From assembly GCA_965204945.1 (NCBI GenBank), contig OZ242022.1:3554333-3618332 (forward strand): a stretch of DNA of 64,000 bases. Direction: 5' to 3'. Position numbers and translations under genes: made by a program. The notes below the pieces were generated by a model. The model did not search any database. It saw only the letters and a program-made list of their open reading frames with translations, and was not told the DNA's origin. Below, one piece after another: positions 46,826 to 57,116 of the stretch; positions within the stretch are counted from its first letter, which is position 1; the number at the start of each line of letters is the position of its first letter. Source of the DNA: Limisphaerales bacterium (lineage in GTDB: Bacteria; Verrucomicrobiota; Verrucomicrobiia; Limisphaerales; AAA164-E04).

Positions 46826-47115
46826 CGCCCGCCTCGTCTGGTTTATCATGACTATTAGGTGTTTCCATAAGCAAAGATATTAGAAAGCGGATAGGTTTTA
46901 TATGGACAATCTAAGAGTTTTATATTATTCGCAAATAATTACAGCAATGTGCAAGGCAATCGTGATTCTTTCGTTGCTCATTTAAGGGACAATCTGTGAT
47001 AACCACAAAAACAACAAGGAAAAAGGAGAGACAGACTGCCTCCTCACAACGAGAAGAATGGGCGGGCGATTCTGGGAAGGATGCCGGCCGAGCCGTTTGC
47101 TAATACTCTTTCAAA

Positions 47116-47616
47116 ATGACGGACCTTTTATTCTATCTCTTTTCGGGGCTGACACTGCTTTTTGCGTTTCTGGTGGTGGCTAACCCGTTCAGCCGCAATC
47201 CGGTGACCAGCGCCATGTTTCTCGTGCTGGCCATTGTGTCGATGGCCGGGTTGTTTGTCTTGCTTCACGCCTTCTTTTTGGCGGCCGTCCAGATTCTGGT
47301 TTACGCCGGCGCGGTGATCGTTCTGTTTCTGTTTGTCATCATGCTTCTGGACCTCCGCGAGGAGGAGAAGCGACGTTTTCGGTTTCTGGGGCTTGTTGCC
47401 GGAGGGCTTGGGTTGGCCTCCCTTGCGCTGGTGATGATTCAAACCATTGCGGCGGCGAATCCGGGCGCGGGGAAAATCCCCGAAACCGAAGGCGGCGCCT
47501 TTCCTCTCGGCGTCTCTTTGTTTACGAACTACGTGCTTCCCTTTGAGATTATGGGAGTGCTGTTGCTGGCGGCTATGGTGGGAGTCATTGTTTTAAGCAA
47601 AAAGGAAATTCTATAA
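47116..47616 (+). CDS. nuoJ: NADH-quinone oxidoreductase subunit J
   Basis: 166-aa five-TM ORF with LAAVQILVYAGAVIVLFLFVIML, typical of NuoJ. Operon position fits. Confidence 0.85.
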   Translation: MTDLLFYLFSGLTLLFAFLVVANPFSRNPVTSAMFLVLAIVSMAGLFVLLHAFFLAAVQILVYAGAVIVLFLFVIMLLDLREEEKRRFRFLGLVAGGLGLASLALVMIQTIAAANPGAGKIPETEGGAFPLGVSLFTNYVLPFEIMGVLLLAAMVGVIVLSKKEIL

Positions 47617-47922
47617 ATGCAAGTCGGATTAGAACATTATTTGGTGGTCAGCGCTTTGCTCTTCAGCATCGGCCTTTTCGGGGTGATCACGCGCCGAAAT
47701 CTCATTTTGATTTACATGTCTTTGGAACTGATGCTCAATGCCGCCAACCTCGCTCTTGTGGCCTTTTCCCGATTCAACAATAATTTAGACGGCCAATTGA
47801 TGGCGGTCTTTGTTGTCACCGTCGCCGCTTCCGAAGTTGCCGTCGGCCTGGCCTTAATCGTGGCTTTGTTCCGGCGGAGGCAAACGACCGACGTGAAAGA
47901 CATTGCCACTTTAAAACTTTAA
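47617..47922 (+). CDS. nuoK: NADH-quinone oxidoreductase subunit K
   Basis: 101 aa with LISLELMLNAANL-type string (MSLELMLNAANLALVAF) and AASEVAVGLALIV. The start abuts the nuoJ stop. Confidence 0.9.
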   Translation: MQVGLEHYLVVSALLFSIGLFGVITRRNLILIYMSLELMLNAANLALVAFSRFNNNLDGQLMAVFVVTVAASEVAVGLALIVALFRRRQTTDVKDIATLKL

Positions 47923-47939
47923 CCTTCAAACAAACGGCC

Positions 47940-49778
47940 GTGCAGACCATTGCTTGGATTCTTCTTTTTCTGCCTCTTTTGGCGACGTTGATCATCACGT
48001 TTGCCTCCCTGCAAAATCAAAAACTCAGCGCGCATCTTTCCATCGGCGCCGTTGGGATTGGATTCCTCCTTAGCGTATGGCTGTTCGCTCAACATCTGCT
48101 GGACGGGAGCGCAGTCGCGCAGTCCACCGCAACGTGGCTGGCCGCCGGCCCTTTGCAGATTCAATTCGGCGTGCGTCTGGATTCGCTGAGCATTTTGATG
48201 CTCTTGGTGGTCACCGGCGTAGGCGGATTGATTCATTGGTATTCCCAAGCCTACATGGCCAAAGACAAAGGCTACTCCCGCTACTTCGCATGTCTGAGCT
48301 TTTTTACCTTTGCGATGCTGGGCGTCGTGCTGGCCGCGGACTTTATTCAGATGTTTGTTTTCTGGGAATTAGTCGGCGTTTCCAGCTATCTGTTGATTGG
48401 TTTTTGGTTCGAGAAATCCGCCGCGGCGGATGCCTCCAAAAAAGCCTTTCTTACCAATCGAATCGGCGACTTCGGCTTTTTGCTCGGCATCCTCATGATT
48501 TGGGGATTCGCCGGGACGCTAAACTTTGAGGCGATCAAAAGCCTCCTTGCTACCAACCCGGAAATGCTGGGCGGATTGGCCACCATTGCGGGTCTCTTGA
48601 TTTTCTGCGGCGCCGTTGGCAAGTCGGCGCAATTTCCCCTTCACATTTGGCTCCCCGACGCTATGGAAGGGCCGACGCCGGTCAGCGCCTTAATTCACGC
48701 CGCCACCATGGTCGCCGCCGGAGTTTACATGCTATGCCGCGCCTTTCCCCTCTTTACGCCCGAAGCCTTGACCGTGATTGCCTGGATCGGGGGTGTCACC
48801 GCGCTTTTGGCGGCTCTCATGGCGTTGCAACAAGACGACGTCAAACGCATTCTGGCCTATTCCACTCTTTCCCAACTAGGATATATGGTGATGGCAATCG
48901 GCGTTCACGCGCCTGCGGCGGCGATGTTTCACCTAACTACCCACGCCTTTTTCAAAGCCCTTTTGTTTCTGGGCGCCGGCTCGGTCATCCTCGCCCTTGG
49001 CCATAAACAAAATATCTGGAAAATGGGCGGACTTCGCGCCCGAATGCCGACGACTTACTGGACTTTTCTGATTGGAACGCTCGCCCTTTGCGGACTCTTT
49101 CCTCTTTCCGGATTTTTCAGCAAAGACGCCGTGTTGGCCGCCGCCGCCGAACGCAACGCCATTCTTTTTGGAATTGGCATTCTCGTCGTCGGTCTAACGG
49201 CCTGTTACATGCTTCGGCTCTTTCTGGTTGTCTTTCGCGGTTCTCCTCGTTCCAACGCCGCGGCGCAGGCCGTCGAATCGCCCGGCGCAATGCACTGGCC
49301 TTTGGTGATACTGGCGGTTGCCTCCTGCGCCGCCGGTTTCTTTGGGGTTGAAGGTTTTGTCGCCCGCGCTTTAGGAATGGAAACCTCGCACAACTACGCC
49401 GTGTTGGCGGGCGCGCTCAGTCTTTTTGCCATGACGATGGGGGGCAGCGTGGCATGGGCTCTTTATGGAAAGGCGGAAACGGACCCCGTCCGGCGGCGTC
49501 TTCCGGTTCTTTCATCCATTTTGCGAGATCGGCTCTATCTGGATGCGATTTGCGAGATGCTCGTTCTGCTCACACACGAAACGCTGTCTCATCTGGCTAT
49601 CCGCTTGGATCGCCTCGTGCTTTCCGGGTTTGCGGTTCGAGGCGCGCAAGGCGCGGCAAATTTGGCCGGACGAATGCTTCGAATGTTGCAAACCGGCAAC
49701 CTGCAGACCTACGCCTTTCTCATTGCCGTCGGGATTGTGATCCTTATTTACGCCGTTGTCGGCCGCCAAATTCTTTAA
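47940..49778 (+). CDS. nuoL: NADH-quinone oxidoreductase subunit L
   Basis: Antiporter-like subunit: FWELVGVSSYLLIGFW, GKSAQFPLHIWLPDAMEGPTPVSALIHAATMVAAG. GTG start. Confidence 0.92.
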   Translation: MQTIAWILLFLPLLATLIITFASLQNQKLSAHLSIGAVGIGFLLSVWLFAQHLLDGSAVAQSTATWLAAGPLQIQFGVRLDSLSILMLLVVTGVGGLIHWYSQAYMAKDKGYSRYFACLSFFTFAMLGVVLAADFIQMFVFWELVGVSSYLLIGFWFEKSAAADASKKAFLTNRIGDFGFLLGILMIWGFAGTLNFEAIKSLLATNPEMLGGLATIAGLLIFCGAVGKSAQFPLHIWLPDAMEGPTPVSALIHAATMVAAGVYMLCRAFPLFTPEALTVIAWIGGVTALLAALMALQQDDVKRILAYSTLSQLGYMVMAIGVHAPAAAMFHLTTHAFFKALLFLGAGSVILALGHKQNIWKMGGLRARMPTTYWTFLIGTLALCGLFPLSGFFSKDAVLAAAAERNAILFGIGILVVGLTACYMLRLFLVVFRGSPRSNAAAQAVESPGAMHWPLVILAVASCAAGFFGVEGFVARALGMETSHNYAVLAGALSLFAMTMGGSVAWALYGKAETDPVRRRLPVLSSILRDRLYLDAICEMLVLLTHETLSHLAIRLDRLVLSGFAVRGAQGAANLAGRMLRMLQTGNLQTYAFLIAVGIVILIYAVVGRQIL

Positions 49779-49783
49779 TTGTC

Positions 49784-51346
49784 ATGCCACTTCTTTCCAT
49801 TTTGATTGCCGTGCCATTCGCCGCCGCTGCGGTTTTGCTAATGGCGCCGCAAGGAAACGAACGCTTCTGCCGAAACATTGCTCGCGCCGCCGCCGCAATC
49901 ACGTTTCTTCTTTCGCTGACGGTGTTTCTGCTCTATCCGCAAACAGCCGAAGGACCGGGCGGATTCAAGTTCTACCAAAAAGTCTCTTGGGTGGAATCGC
50001 TGGGCATCTCCTTTCAAGTGGGCGTGGACGGCATCAACGCCGGACTCATTTTGATGAGCGCGGCCGTGGCGTTGGCGGCGAGTTTTGCCTGCTGGGAAAT
50101 CCATCGACGCCAACGGGAATTTTATTTTCTTTTTCTGCTGATGACCGGCAGCATCGTGGGCGCCTTTGCCTCGCTGGACATCTTTTTCTTCTACTTTTTC
50201 CATGAGTTGGCTCTGGTGCCGACCTTCATCATGATCGGTGTCTGGGGCCGCGGAGAAAGCCGCCATTACGCAACCTTCAAAATCACCGTCTACCTCACAA
50301 TCGGCGCCATGCTGTCCCTTGTGGGATTGGCCGCTCTCTACCTTCAATCCGGAGCAAAAACCTTCGACATGATCGAGTTGACAAATCACGTGAAGACCCA
50401 TCCCCTTCCGGCCGACCAACAGAACCTCATCTTCCCGTTACTGCTCTTTGGATTTGGCATCTTGGTTTCGTTGTGGCCGTTTCACACTTGGGCGCCCATC
50501 GGCTACGGCGCCGCGCCCGCGGCGACGGCCATGCTTCACGCCGGGGCGCTGAAGAAGTTTGGGCTGTACGGACTCATTCGCCTGGCCATTCCCGTGGTTC
50601 CCGAAGGCATCCGCACTTGGCTGACGGTGCTTTGCTTTCTGGCTTTAGGAAACATTCTCTTCTGCGGTTGGACGGCAATGCGTCAAAAGAATCTGCATTT
50701 TCTAATCGGTCACTCCAGCGTGGCGCACATGGGAATGGCTTTTTTGGGGATTGCCAGCCTCAGCCTGATCGGCGTGACCGGCGCCGTCGTTGTGATGGTC
50801 GCCCACGGCCTTTTGGCCGCGCTTTCCTTTGGGTTGAGCGGATACCTCCAACATCAAAAAGGGTCTGTTGATATCGGCCAACTTGGCGGCCTTCTTCGGC
50901 AAATTCCTTTCTTCGGCGTCTGCTTGACGATTGCCCTTTTGGCCGGCGCCGGCGTTCCCGGATTTGCCAACTTTGCCGGCGAGATACTCGTTTTGTTCGG
51001 CCTCTGGAGCGGTTCTTTGCCTTGGTTTGCGGTTGCCGGCGTTTGGGGCGCCCTCATTATTGGCGCCGTCTACTGCATTCGCGCTATCCGCAACGTCTTG
51101 CACGGCGCCGTTGGGGAGGGAAATCAGAATCTTGCCGATGCCAAGTCTTTATCCGACAAACTGCCTTTCGTTCTCCTAATCGCCCTGTTACTCATTTTCG
51201 GCGTTTATCCCCGGCTCTTGACGGACGAGGCCGCCCGCAGCGCAAAGCCGTTGATCCTTCAAGCCAACGGAGTCTCCGTTCCACCGGCCGGTTCGGAGGC
51301 GGGCGACGTTTCCGCCGCCTTCGAATCCGCGGATTCTGGTTTTTGA
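49784..51346 (+). CDS. nuoM: NADH-quinone oxidoreductase subunit M
   Basis: FFYFFHELALVPTFIMIGVWG, PFHTWAPIGYGAAPAATAMLHAG. The ATG at 49784 is 6 nt after the nuoL stop. The upstream ORF extension from 49454 is rejected. Confidence 0.9.
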   Translation: MPLLSILIAVPFAAAAVLLMAPQGNERFCRNIARAAAAITFLLSLTVFLLYPQTAEGPGGFKFYQKVSWVESLGISFQVGVDGINAGLILMSAAVALAASFACWEIHRRQREFYFLFLLMTGSIVGAFASLDIFFFYFFHELALVPTFIMIGVWGRGESRHYATFKITVYLTIGAMLSLVGLAALYLQSGAKTFDMIELTNHVKTHPLPADQQNLIFPLLLFGFGILVSLWPFHTWAPIGYGAAPAATAMLHAGALKKFGLYGLIRLAIPVVPEGIRTWLTVLCFLALGNILFCGWTAMRQKNLHFLIGHSSVAHMGMAFLGIASLSLIGVTGAVVVMVAHGLLAALSFGLSGYLQHQKGSVDIGQLGGLLRQIPFFGVCLTIALLAGAGVPGFANFAGEILVLFGLWSGSLPWFAVAGVWGALIIGAVYCIRAIRNVLHGAVGEGNQNLADAKSLSDKLPFVLLIALLLIFGVYPRLLTDEAARSAKPLILQANGVSVPPAGSEAGDVSAAFESADSGF

Positions 51347-51363
51347 TTCAGAAACGAGAGATT

Positions 51364-52830
51364 ATGAACATTTCACTTGGGATTTCGTTGAGCATTCTTG
51401 AGATCGCCGTCGCGCTCTGGGGCGTGGTCTTGTTGCTCGTGGATTTATGGACGCCGTCTGCCCGCAAGCCCCTTCGCGTTGGCTATCTTGCCGTCGCCGG
51501 GCTAGGGGCGATCTTTGTCGGCTCGTTCTTCGTCAATCTGCCGGAAACACCTCAACTTGTATTTAACGGCATGCTTGCGCAAGACCGTCTCGCTCTCTTC
51601 TTCAAACAATTATTTCTTCTGGCGGCCATTGCCGTCCTTCTGCTTTCCATTGATTTTGCTCCGCGAATTGCATCGGGAATTTCCGAGTTTTACGTCCTGA
51701 CGATTTTTGCGCTGGCCGGAATGATGTTCGCAGCGTCGGCAAACCACTTTGTTATGGTATTTGTTTCGCTGGAGTTGGTGGCCATCGTTTTTTACATTCT
51801 GACTGGCTTTCTTCGAAACCAAACAGCGTCTCTGGAGGCTGGCGTCAAATATCTGATCCTCGGAGCGCTCTCCTCCGCTTTTCTCGTTTACGGCATTGCC
51901 TTGATCTACGGCGCTTCCGGGAGCATGGCTTTCCCGGAAATTGCCGAAAATGCCGAAGCCAACCGCGGCTCGTTGCTTTTCCAACTAGGCTTGCTTTTTG
52001 TGCTGGTCGGGCTTGGTTTCAAGATCGCCGCCTTCCCCTTTCAATTCTGGGTTCCCGACGTTTATCAAGGCGCGCCCACGCCCGTGGCCGCTTTCCTTTC
52101 CATTGGCTCCAAGGCCGCCGGGTTTGTCTTGCTTTTACGCGCGCTGTTCTTTGCGGCGCCTCATTTGGCTTCTGAGTGGAAAAATTTGTTTATCTTTTTG
52201 GCTGCCTCGACGATTCTCTACGGCAACCTGTGCGCCCTGCCGCAGCGCAATCTCAAGCGGCTGTTGGGCTACTCCAGCATCGCCAATTCAGGCTACCTTC
52301 TTTTAGGCATTGCGGCCGGCGGCCGGGATGGAGCTAGCGCCATTCTCTTTTACCTTGGCGGCTATCTCTTTGCCGTGGCCGTCGCCTTCGCCGTCCTTAT
52401 GCTTGCCAGCCGTCAAACGGGAACCGAAGACATTTCCAGCTTGACCGGGCTTCACAAACGTTCGCCGTTTCTGGCCTTGGCGATGACGCTTTCTATGGTC
52501 TCCCTTGCCGGCATTCCGCCTTTGGCCGGATTCTTCGGCAAATTTCTGCTTATTTTGGCGATTGTCGAACAAGCGCCCAGCCATGCGCCTTACTATCTAT
52601 TGGCCGGCGTTGCCATCATCGGCGTCGTTCTTTCCATTTACTACTATTTCGGCGTCGTCCGCGCAATCTATTGGGACAAGCCGACAACTGAAATCGTTCC
52701 CTTGCGCCCCAGCCTGCCTATGCATCTTACCGTCCTGGTCGGCGTCGCAGGAATGCTAGGCATCGGCATCTTGCCCGACTTCCTGCTCAAAGCCGCCAAA
52801 CAAGCCGTTGACGCCTCCTTGCCCTTTTGA
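51364..52830 (+). CDS. nuoN: NADH-quinone oxidoreductase subunit N
   Basis: FVSLELVAIVFYILTGF, PFQFWVPDVYQGAPTPVAAFLS. ATG at 51364. The upstream extension from 51022 is rejected. Confidence 0.88.
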   Translation: MNISLGISLSILEIAVALWGVVLLLVDLWTPSARKPLRVGYLAVAGLGAIFVGSFFVNLPETPQLVFNGMLAQDRLALFFKQLFLLAAIAVLLLSIDFAPRIASGISEFYVLTIFALAGMMFAASANHFVMVFVSLELVAIVFYILTGFLRNQTASLEAGVKYLILGALSSAFLVYGIALIYGASGSMAFPEIAENAEANRGSLLFQLGLLFVLVGLGFKIAAFPFQFWVPDVYQGAPTPVAAFLSIGSKAAGFVLLLRALFFAAPHLASEWKNLFIFLAASTILYGNLCALPQRNLKRLLGYSSIANSGYLLLGIAAGGRDGASAILFYLGGYLFAVAVAFAVLMLASRQTGTEDISSLTGLHKRSPFLALAMTLSMVSLAGIPPLAGFFGKFLLILAIVEQAPSHAPYYLLAGVAIIGVVLSIYYYFGVVRAIYWDKPTTEIVPLRPSLPMHLTVLVGVAGMLGIGILPDFLLKAAKQAVDASLPF

Positions 52831-52898
52831 ATCTTCCTTTGCCCCTCTCATTTCCCTTGTTTCCTGAAAATCCTTTTGACGTGGAAAAAGAGCAAAAC

Positions 52899-55517
52899 AT
52901 GAAGCAGCCGCGTCGCAAAAATATGACGGTGCCGATTCTAAAAACGATGGGAACGGCGGGGCTTTGCCTTTTGGGCTTTGGCTGGTGCGCGGTTGAATCT
53001 TCGGCCGCCGGCCTAGTTTGGAGCGAGCTGCCTTCGTTGCCAGACAAACACGGATTTGCGGGAGCATTTGCCGGCGTCTCCGGCGGCAACCTCATCATTG
53101 CCGGCGGCGCCAACTTCCCAGAAGGCCCGCCTTGGCGCGGCGGCGCCAAAGTTTGGCACAATTCAGTGTTTGCGCTGGAAAGTCCCTCCCAAGAATGGAG
53201 GCCAATCGGGCAGTTGCCCATCCCTCTCGGATACGGCGTTTCTGTTACATGGAAAGACACAATCCTCTGCGTCGGAGGAAGCGACTCCTCACAACACCGC
53301 AGAGACGTAATCGCGCTACGTTGGAACGGCGAGCAATTGGAAATCATTGGAGGCCCCGCCTTGCCGATTCCTTTGGCAAACGCAGCCGGCGTAATCGTTG
53401 ACGACTCCCTCTACTTGGCCGGCGGAAGCGAATCTCCGCACAGTCTCCGCGCTTCCAACAAGTTTTGGAAACTAGACCTCTCCAAAGGCTTAATAGAAGG
53501 CCGTTGGACGGAGCTTCCCTCTTGGCCGGGACCGGAGCGCATCTTGTCGGCAATAGCGGTTCAAAACGGAAAAATTCTTCTCGTCAGCGGGGCTCGATTG
53601 ATGCCGGACAACGACGGCAAAGCAACCCGCCAGTTTCTAAAAGACGCGTACGCATTCGATCTCAAAAGCCAAAGATGGACAGCAATCAGCGGCCCGCCGG
53701 CACCGCTTGTCGCCGCTCCCAATCCCGGCATTCCTCTCGGATACGCCGACGTGCTCTTCTTGGCGGGAGACGACGGCGAACACTTCTTCCAGCAAGCCGA
53801 ATTAAAAGAAAATCATCCGGGATTCCCCGTTCCATTGTACCGCTACAACACAGTGACCGATCGCTGGACGGATGCGGGAGAATTTCCCCGCGTTCAAGAT
53901 GACGGAGGACATCCGCGAGGCAACGGAGGAACCTTTCCGCCAGTTACAACTCCCGTCGTTTCATGGCAAGGCCAATTCGTATTGCCCAGCGGCGAGATTC
54001 GGCCGGCGGTGCGAACCCAAAAAGTGCTGGGAGTTTCTTTTCAGCCGGCAAGACCGGTATTTGGAGCGGCGAATTGGATCGTCTTGACCGTTTATCTGCT
54101 CGGAATCGCCCTCATCGGTTTCCAATGCTCCCGAAGCGAAGCCGGCGCCGAAGGCTTCTTTCTGGCCGGCCGGCGAGTTCCTTGGTGGGCCGCCGGCCTC
54201 AGCATTTTTAGCACATTGCTCAGTGCCATCACTTATTTAACCATCCCCTCCAAAGCCTACGCAACGGATTGGACTTTGCTTTTGGTGAATATAACGATTT
54301 TTGCCGTCGCGCCCATCATCGCCTGCATCTACCTCCCCGTTTTTAGAAAAAGCGGCGTCACCACAATTTACCAATACTTAGCCGCGCGCTTTGACCGCTC
54401 CGTGCAACGGTTCGGCAGCGCGTCCTTCATTCTTCTTCAATTGGCGCGAATGGGCGTCGTGCTGTTCCTGCCGGCTTTGTCTTTAGCGGCCGTTACCCAA
54501 ATGGATTTATATGCATGCATTGCGCTAATGGGCGTATTGGCGACGCTTTACACGGCGCTGGGCGGAATCAAAGCCGTCGTATGGACGGACGTTCTCCAAA
54601 CAATCGCGCTTCTCGGCGGCGCTTTGGCCGCCTTGTTAATCATGGCGAGCAACATCGACGGCGGCTTCGCCGGCTTGCTTTCCACCGGATACGAAACGGG
54701 AAAATTCCACTGGGCAAACTGGAACTTCAATCTCCTCACAGAATCCGTTCTCGTTGTCCTGATCGGCGGATTCTTCACCAACGCCCTCGTTCCTTACACC
54801 TCAGACCAAACCGTAGCCCAACGCTACCTCGCCACGCCCAACGAATCAGACGCCCGCCGATCCCTCTGGCTAGGAGCGACAATGACGATACCGGCCACAC
54901 TCCTATTCCTGCTATTAGGAACCGGCCTATTTGTCTTTTACCGCGCTCACCCCGAACTGCTGACACCGCTAGAAACATCGGACCAAATTTTAGCATGGTT
55001 CATTGCCGATCAAATGCCAGCAGGCCTTGCCGGACTTGTCATTGCCGGTCTCTTCGCCGCTTCCATGTCCAGTCTGGATTCCAGCATGCACTCCATCGCC
55101 ACCACCGTTGTAACCGACTGGTGGAAGCCCGCGTCCAAACTCAAAAACAAAACAACCAACGAAACCCTCTGGCTGCGCCGCGCCCGCCGAATCACTTTCC
55201 TTGCCGGCTCCTTCGGCACGGTTTCCGCTCTGGCCATTGCCGGAATGGAAATCCAGTTTCTATGGAACTTTACCCTCAAAATGATGGGACTGCTCGGCGG
55301 CACATTGGCCGGCGTCATGGCCGTTGGAATGTTCCTGCCCAAAGCCCAAGCGCGCCATGTATGGTACGGCATTGGCGCTTCCATTGCTACATTAATCTTC
55401 ATAAAATTCCTCACTCCAATTCATAGCTTGTTATACGCCTTCTTCGGAGCGACAAGTGTAATCCTAGTCGCCGCCGCAACTTCCCTATATCTTCCCCAAA
55501 AAACCGACGCGCGCTAA
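52899..55517 (+). CDS. Fusion protein: NanM/YjhT-like Kelch beta-propeller (mutarotase family) + sodium:solute symporter (SSS) domain
   Basis: A signal-like N-terminus, then ~400 aa with repeated GG..Y/L.AGG propeller blades (AGAFAGVSGGNLIIAGGANFP, LCVGGSD, LYLAGGSE, ILLVSGA, VLFLAGDDG). About 13 TM helices follow, with SSS strings (FFLAGRRVPWWAAGLSIFSTLLSAITYL, GGIKAVVWTDVLQ, SMSSLDS). Confidence 0.8.
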   Translation: MKQPRRKNMTVPILKTMGTAGLCLLGFGWCAVESSAAGLVWSELPSLPDKHGFAGAFAGVSGGNLIIAGGANFPEGPPWRGGAKVWHNSVFALESPSQEWRPIGQLPIPLGYGVSVTWKDTILCVGGSDSSQHRRDVIALRWNGEQLEIIGGPALPIPLANAAGVIVDDSLYLAGGSESPHSLRASNKFWKLDLSKGLIEGRWTELPSWPGPERILSAIAVQNGKILLVSGARLMPDNDGKATRQFLKDAYAFDLKSQRWTAISGPPAPLVAAPNPGIPLGYADVLFLAGDDGEHFFQQAELKENHPGFPVPLYRYNTVTDRWTDAGEFPRVQDDGGHPRGNGGTFPPVTTPVVSWQGQFVLPSGEIRPAVRTQKVLGVSFQPARPVFGAANWIVLTVYLLGIALIGFQCSRSEAGAEGFFLAGRRVPWWAAGLSIFSTLLSAITYLTIPSKAYATDWTLLLVNITIFAVAPIIACIYLPVFRKSGVTTIYQYLAARFDRSVQRFGSASFILLQLARMGVVLFLPALSLAAVTQMDLYACIALMGVLATLYTALGGIKAVVWTDVLQTIALLGGALAALLIMASNIDGGFAGLLSTGYETGKFHWANWNFNLLTESVLVVLIGGFFTNALVPYTSDQTVAQRYLATPNESDARRSLWLGATMTIPATLLFLLLGTGLFVFYRAHPELLTPLETSDQILAWFIADQMPAGLAGLVIAGLFAASMSSLDSSMHSIATTVVTDWWKPASKLKNKTTNETLWLRRARRITFLAGSFGTVSALAIAGMEIQFLWNFTLKMMGLLGGTLAGVMAVGMFLPKAQARHVWYGIGASIATLIFIKFLTPIHSLLYAFFGATSVILVAAATSLYLPQKTDAR

Positions 55518-55550
55518 GCCCAGTTTTCTAATGCCAACTCAGGAAAAACA

Positions 55551-57116
55551 TTAGCGCAACTGCACTTGGAACTGCGCAGGATCCTTGCCGCACGCTCGAA
55601 TAAAGCGACGGCTTCTAAAAACTATGTCTTTCGATCCCAAGCGCGTGTTCAAATTTTTACCCCAAAAGTAGTTCTTAAGTTTCCAAGGAATATCATTTGG
55701 CAATAGAAGTTTTTTCTCAAACAACCATTCAACGACTAATTCGTACATTTCCTTCCAAGTCTGAGAAGGAACGCTTTTTACACCATTCGGAAATCCCAAG
55801 AATATAGGATGGCGGCTGCCGGTTATAGAAACGGTCTTACCTAATTGGGAAAGATTATACCAATGTCTACAATCTTGTCCACGATCTTCCCGATCCAACG
55901 CCTCGTCCCGCTTATCTTTCAAATCCTCGAACTTTGGCTTGAAGGGCTCAATGATCTCGAGGATTTTGTCCCGAATCGGCGAGGTTGGTATTAAAAGGCG
56001 GTCGTAGTTGTTAGCAAGTTTCTTCAACAATGTCTTGGTGATCTTTTTGTTGGCGGGGATGATGATTTCGGCAGTTTCAGAATTGCAAACCTCCAGCGGA
56101 ATTTTCTCCCCCAACAGAATGCCGCTCAACTCATCGATCAACTGATTCAGGAGTTCTTTCCTTTTGCCGGCTTGTAAGTCATCTCCCTCCGTGCTGGTCG
56201 TTTCCGCAAGGGAAGGATCCTCTCGGGCATCGCCGAGTTTTAATCCGAAGCTCTGCAATTTCTCCTTGATTTCGTTGAGAGATTTTTTGCCGAAGTTGCG
56301 ATATTTTAACATATTGGCTTCGGACCTTGCTGCCAACTCTCCCACCGTGGTAATGTTGGCGTTATTTAAGCAATTGACGACTCGATTGCTGAATCCAATT
56401 TCGTTTACGCTCTTTTTACTGAGTTCCAACAGTCGCGCGCTCTCATCGTCCCTCTGTTTCCCCTCGCCTGAAACCGGCACAGAACCCGCCGTGTTCAATA
56501 GACTTTCCGCGCGCCGCAATAGGTACATCGCCTTAATTAGCGTGCTGATGAAAATCGCCTGCTTATTTACCGGCCGACTTTTCAGTTCCTTCAACTCACT
56601 CCGCCACTTGTCCAGTTCTGCCTGCAGATTGTCCACCATCCTTACACGCGCATGACTTTCTTGCACCCAACCTTGCGGTCGTTCCGTTTTCGGCAAAGTG
56701 TCAATATATTTGTCGAATAACGCACCCAATGCGCCGTCATCTTTCAATTCCGCCTCACGCTCTTCGATAAGCGAGCGCAGTTCACTGCGCCGGGCATCAT
56801 CGGGGCCGACGATAATCTCCCGCTCCGCCTTCAGCAGCTCTTTGAACGGAGCGAGCAGCCGGACGTCCCAGTCGTCATTAATCTCAAAAGCACTGGCGGG
56901 AATCATTCCGTCCTCCCTATCATCGCAGATGTTGACTGACCAGTTTAGTTTGTTCAGCGGCGGCGCTACCGGCAAATGCGCTTGTATGTGAGCACCAATA
57001 TGGCACAGGTCGCAAACTGGCGGGTGTTTATCGCCGCAATGGTGTTCGTATTCCCAGCGCCGCCATGCGCGCCACTTGCCGCAGCGTTTGCAGTCTTTGC
57101 CGAAGGAATAGGTCAC
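55551..57116 (-). CDS. Protein with Cys-rich N-terminus, coiled-coil region and RNA polymerase alpha C-terminal-domain-like HhH module; probably the C-terminal continuation of the upstream helicase
   Basis: NRVVNCLNNANITTVGELAARSEANMLKYRNFGKKSLNEIKEKLQSFGLKLG closely mirrors RpoA alpha-CTD (SVRSANCLK...IGDLV...LLK..N.GKKSL.EIK..L...GL.LG). The N-terminus has CKRCG and CDLCH. The GTG start sits 3 nt from a G4 run where the helicase frame could join. Confidence 0.65.
   Translation of the reverse strand: MTYSFGKDCKRCGKWRAWRRWEYEHHCGDKHPPVCDLCHIGAHIQAHLPVAPPLNKLNWSVNICDDREDGMIPASAFEINDDWDVRLLAPFKELLKAEREIIVGPDDARRSELRSLIEEREAELKDDGALGALFDKYIDTLPKTERPQGWVQESHARVRMVDNLQAELDKWRSELKELKSRPVNKQAIFISTLIKAMYLLRRAESLLNTAGSVPVSGEGKQRDDESARLLELSKKSVNEIGFSNRVVNCLNNANITTVGELAARSEANMLKYRNFGKKSLNEIKEKLQSFGLKLGDAREDPSLAETTSTEGDDLQAGKRKELLNQLIDELSGILLGEKIPLEVCNSETAEIIIPANKKITKTLLKKLANNYDRLLIPTSPIRDKILEIIEPFKPKFEDLKDKRDEALDREDRGQDCRHWYNLSQLGKTVSITGSRHPIFLGFPNGVKSVPSQTWKEMYELVVEWLFEKKLLLPNDIPWKLKNYFWGKNLNTRLGSKDIVFRSRRFIRACGKDPAQFQVQLR

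Noticed and set aside
46889-46899. 11-mer GGATAGGTTTT shared with the start of the candidate sRNA (18778-18788)
   Set aside because: Hundreds of 11-mer coincidences are expected between positions in a 64-kb window, and there is no extended similarity around it.
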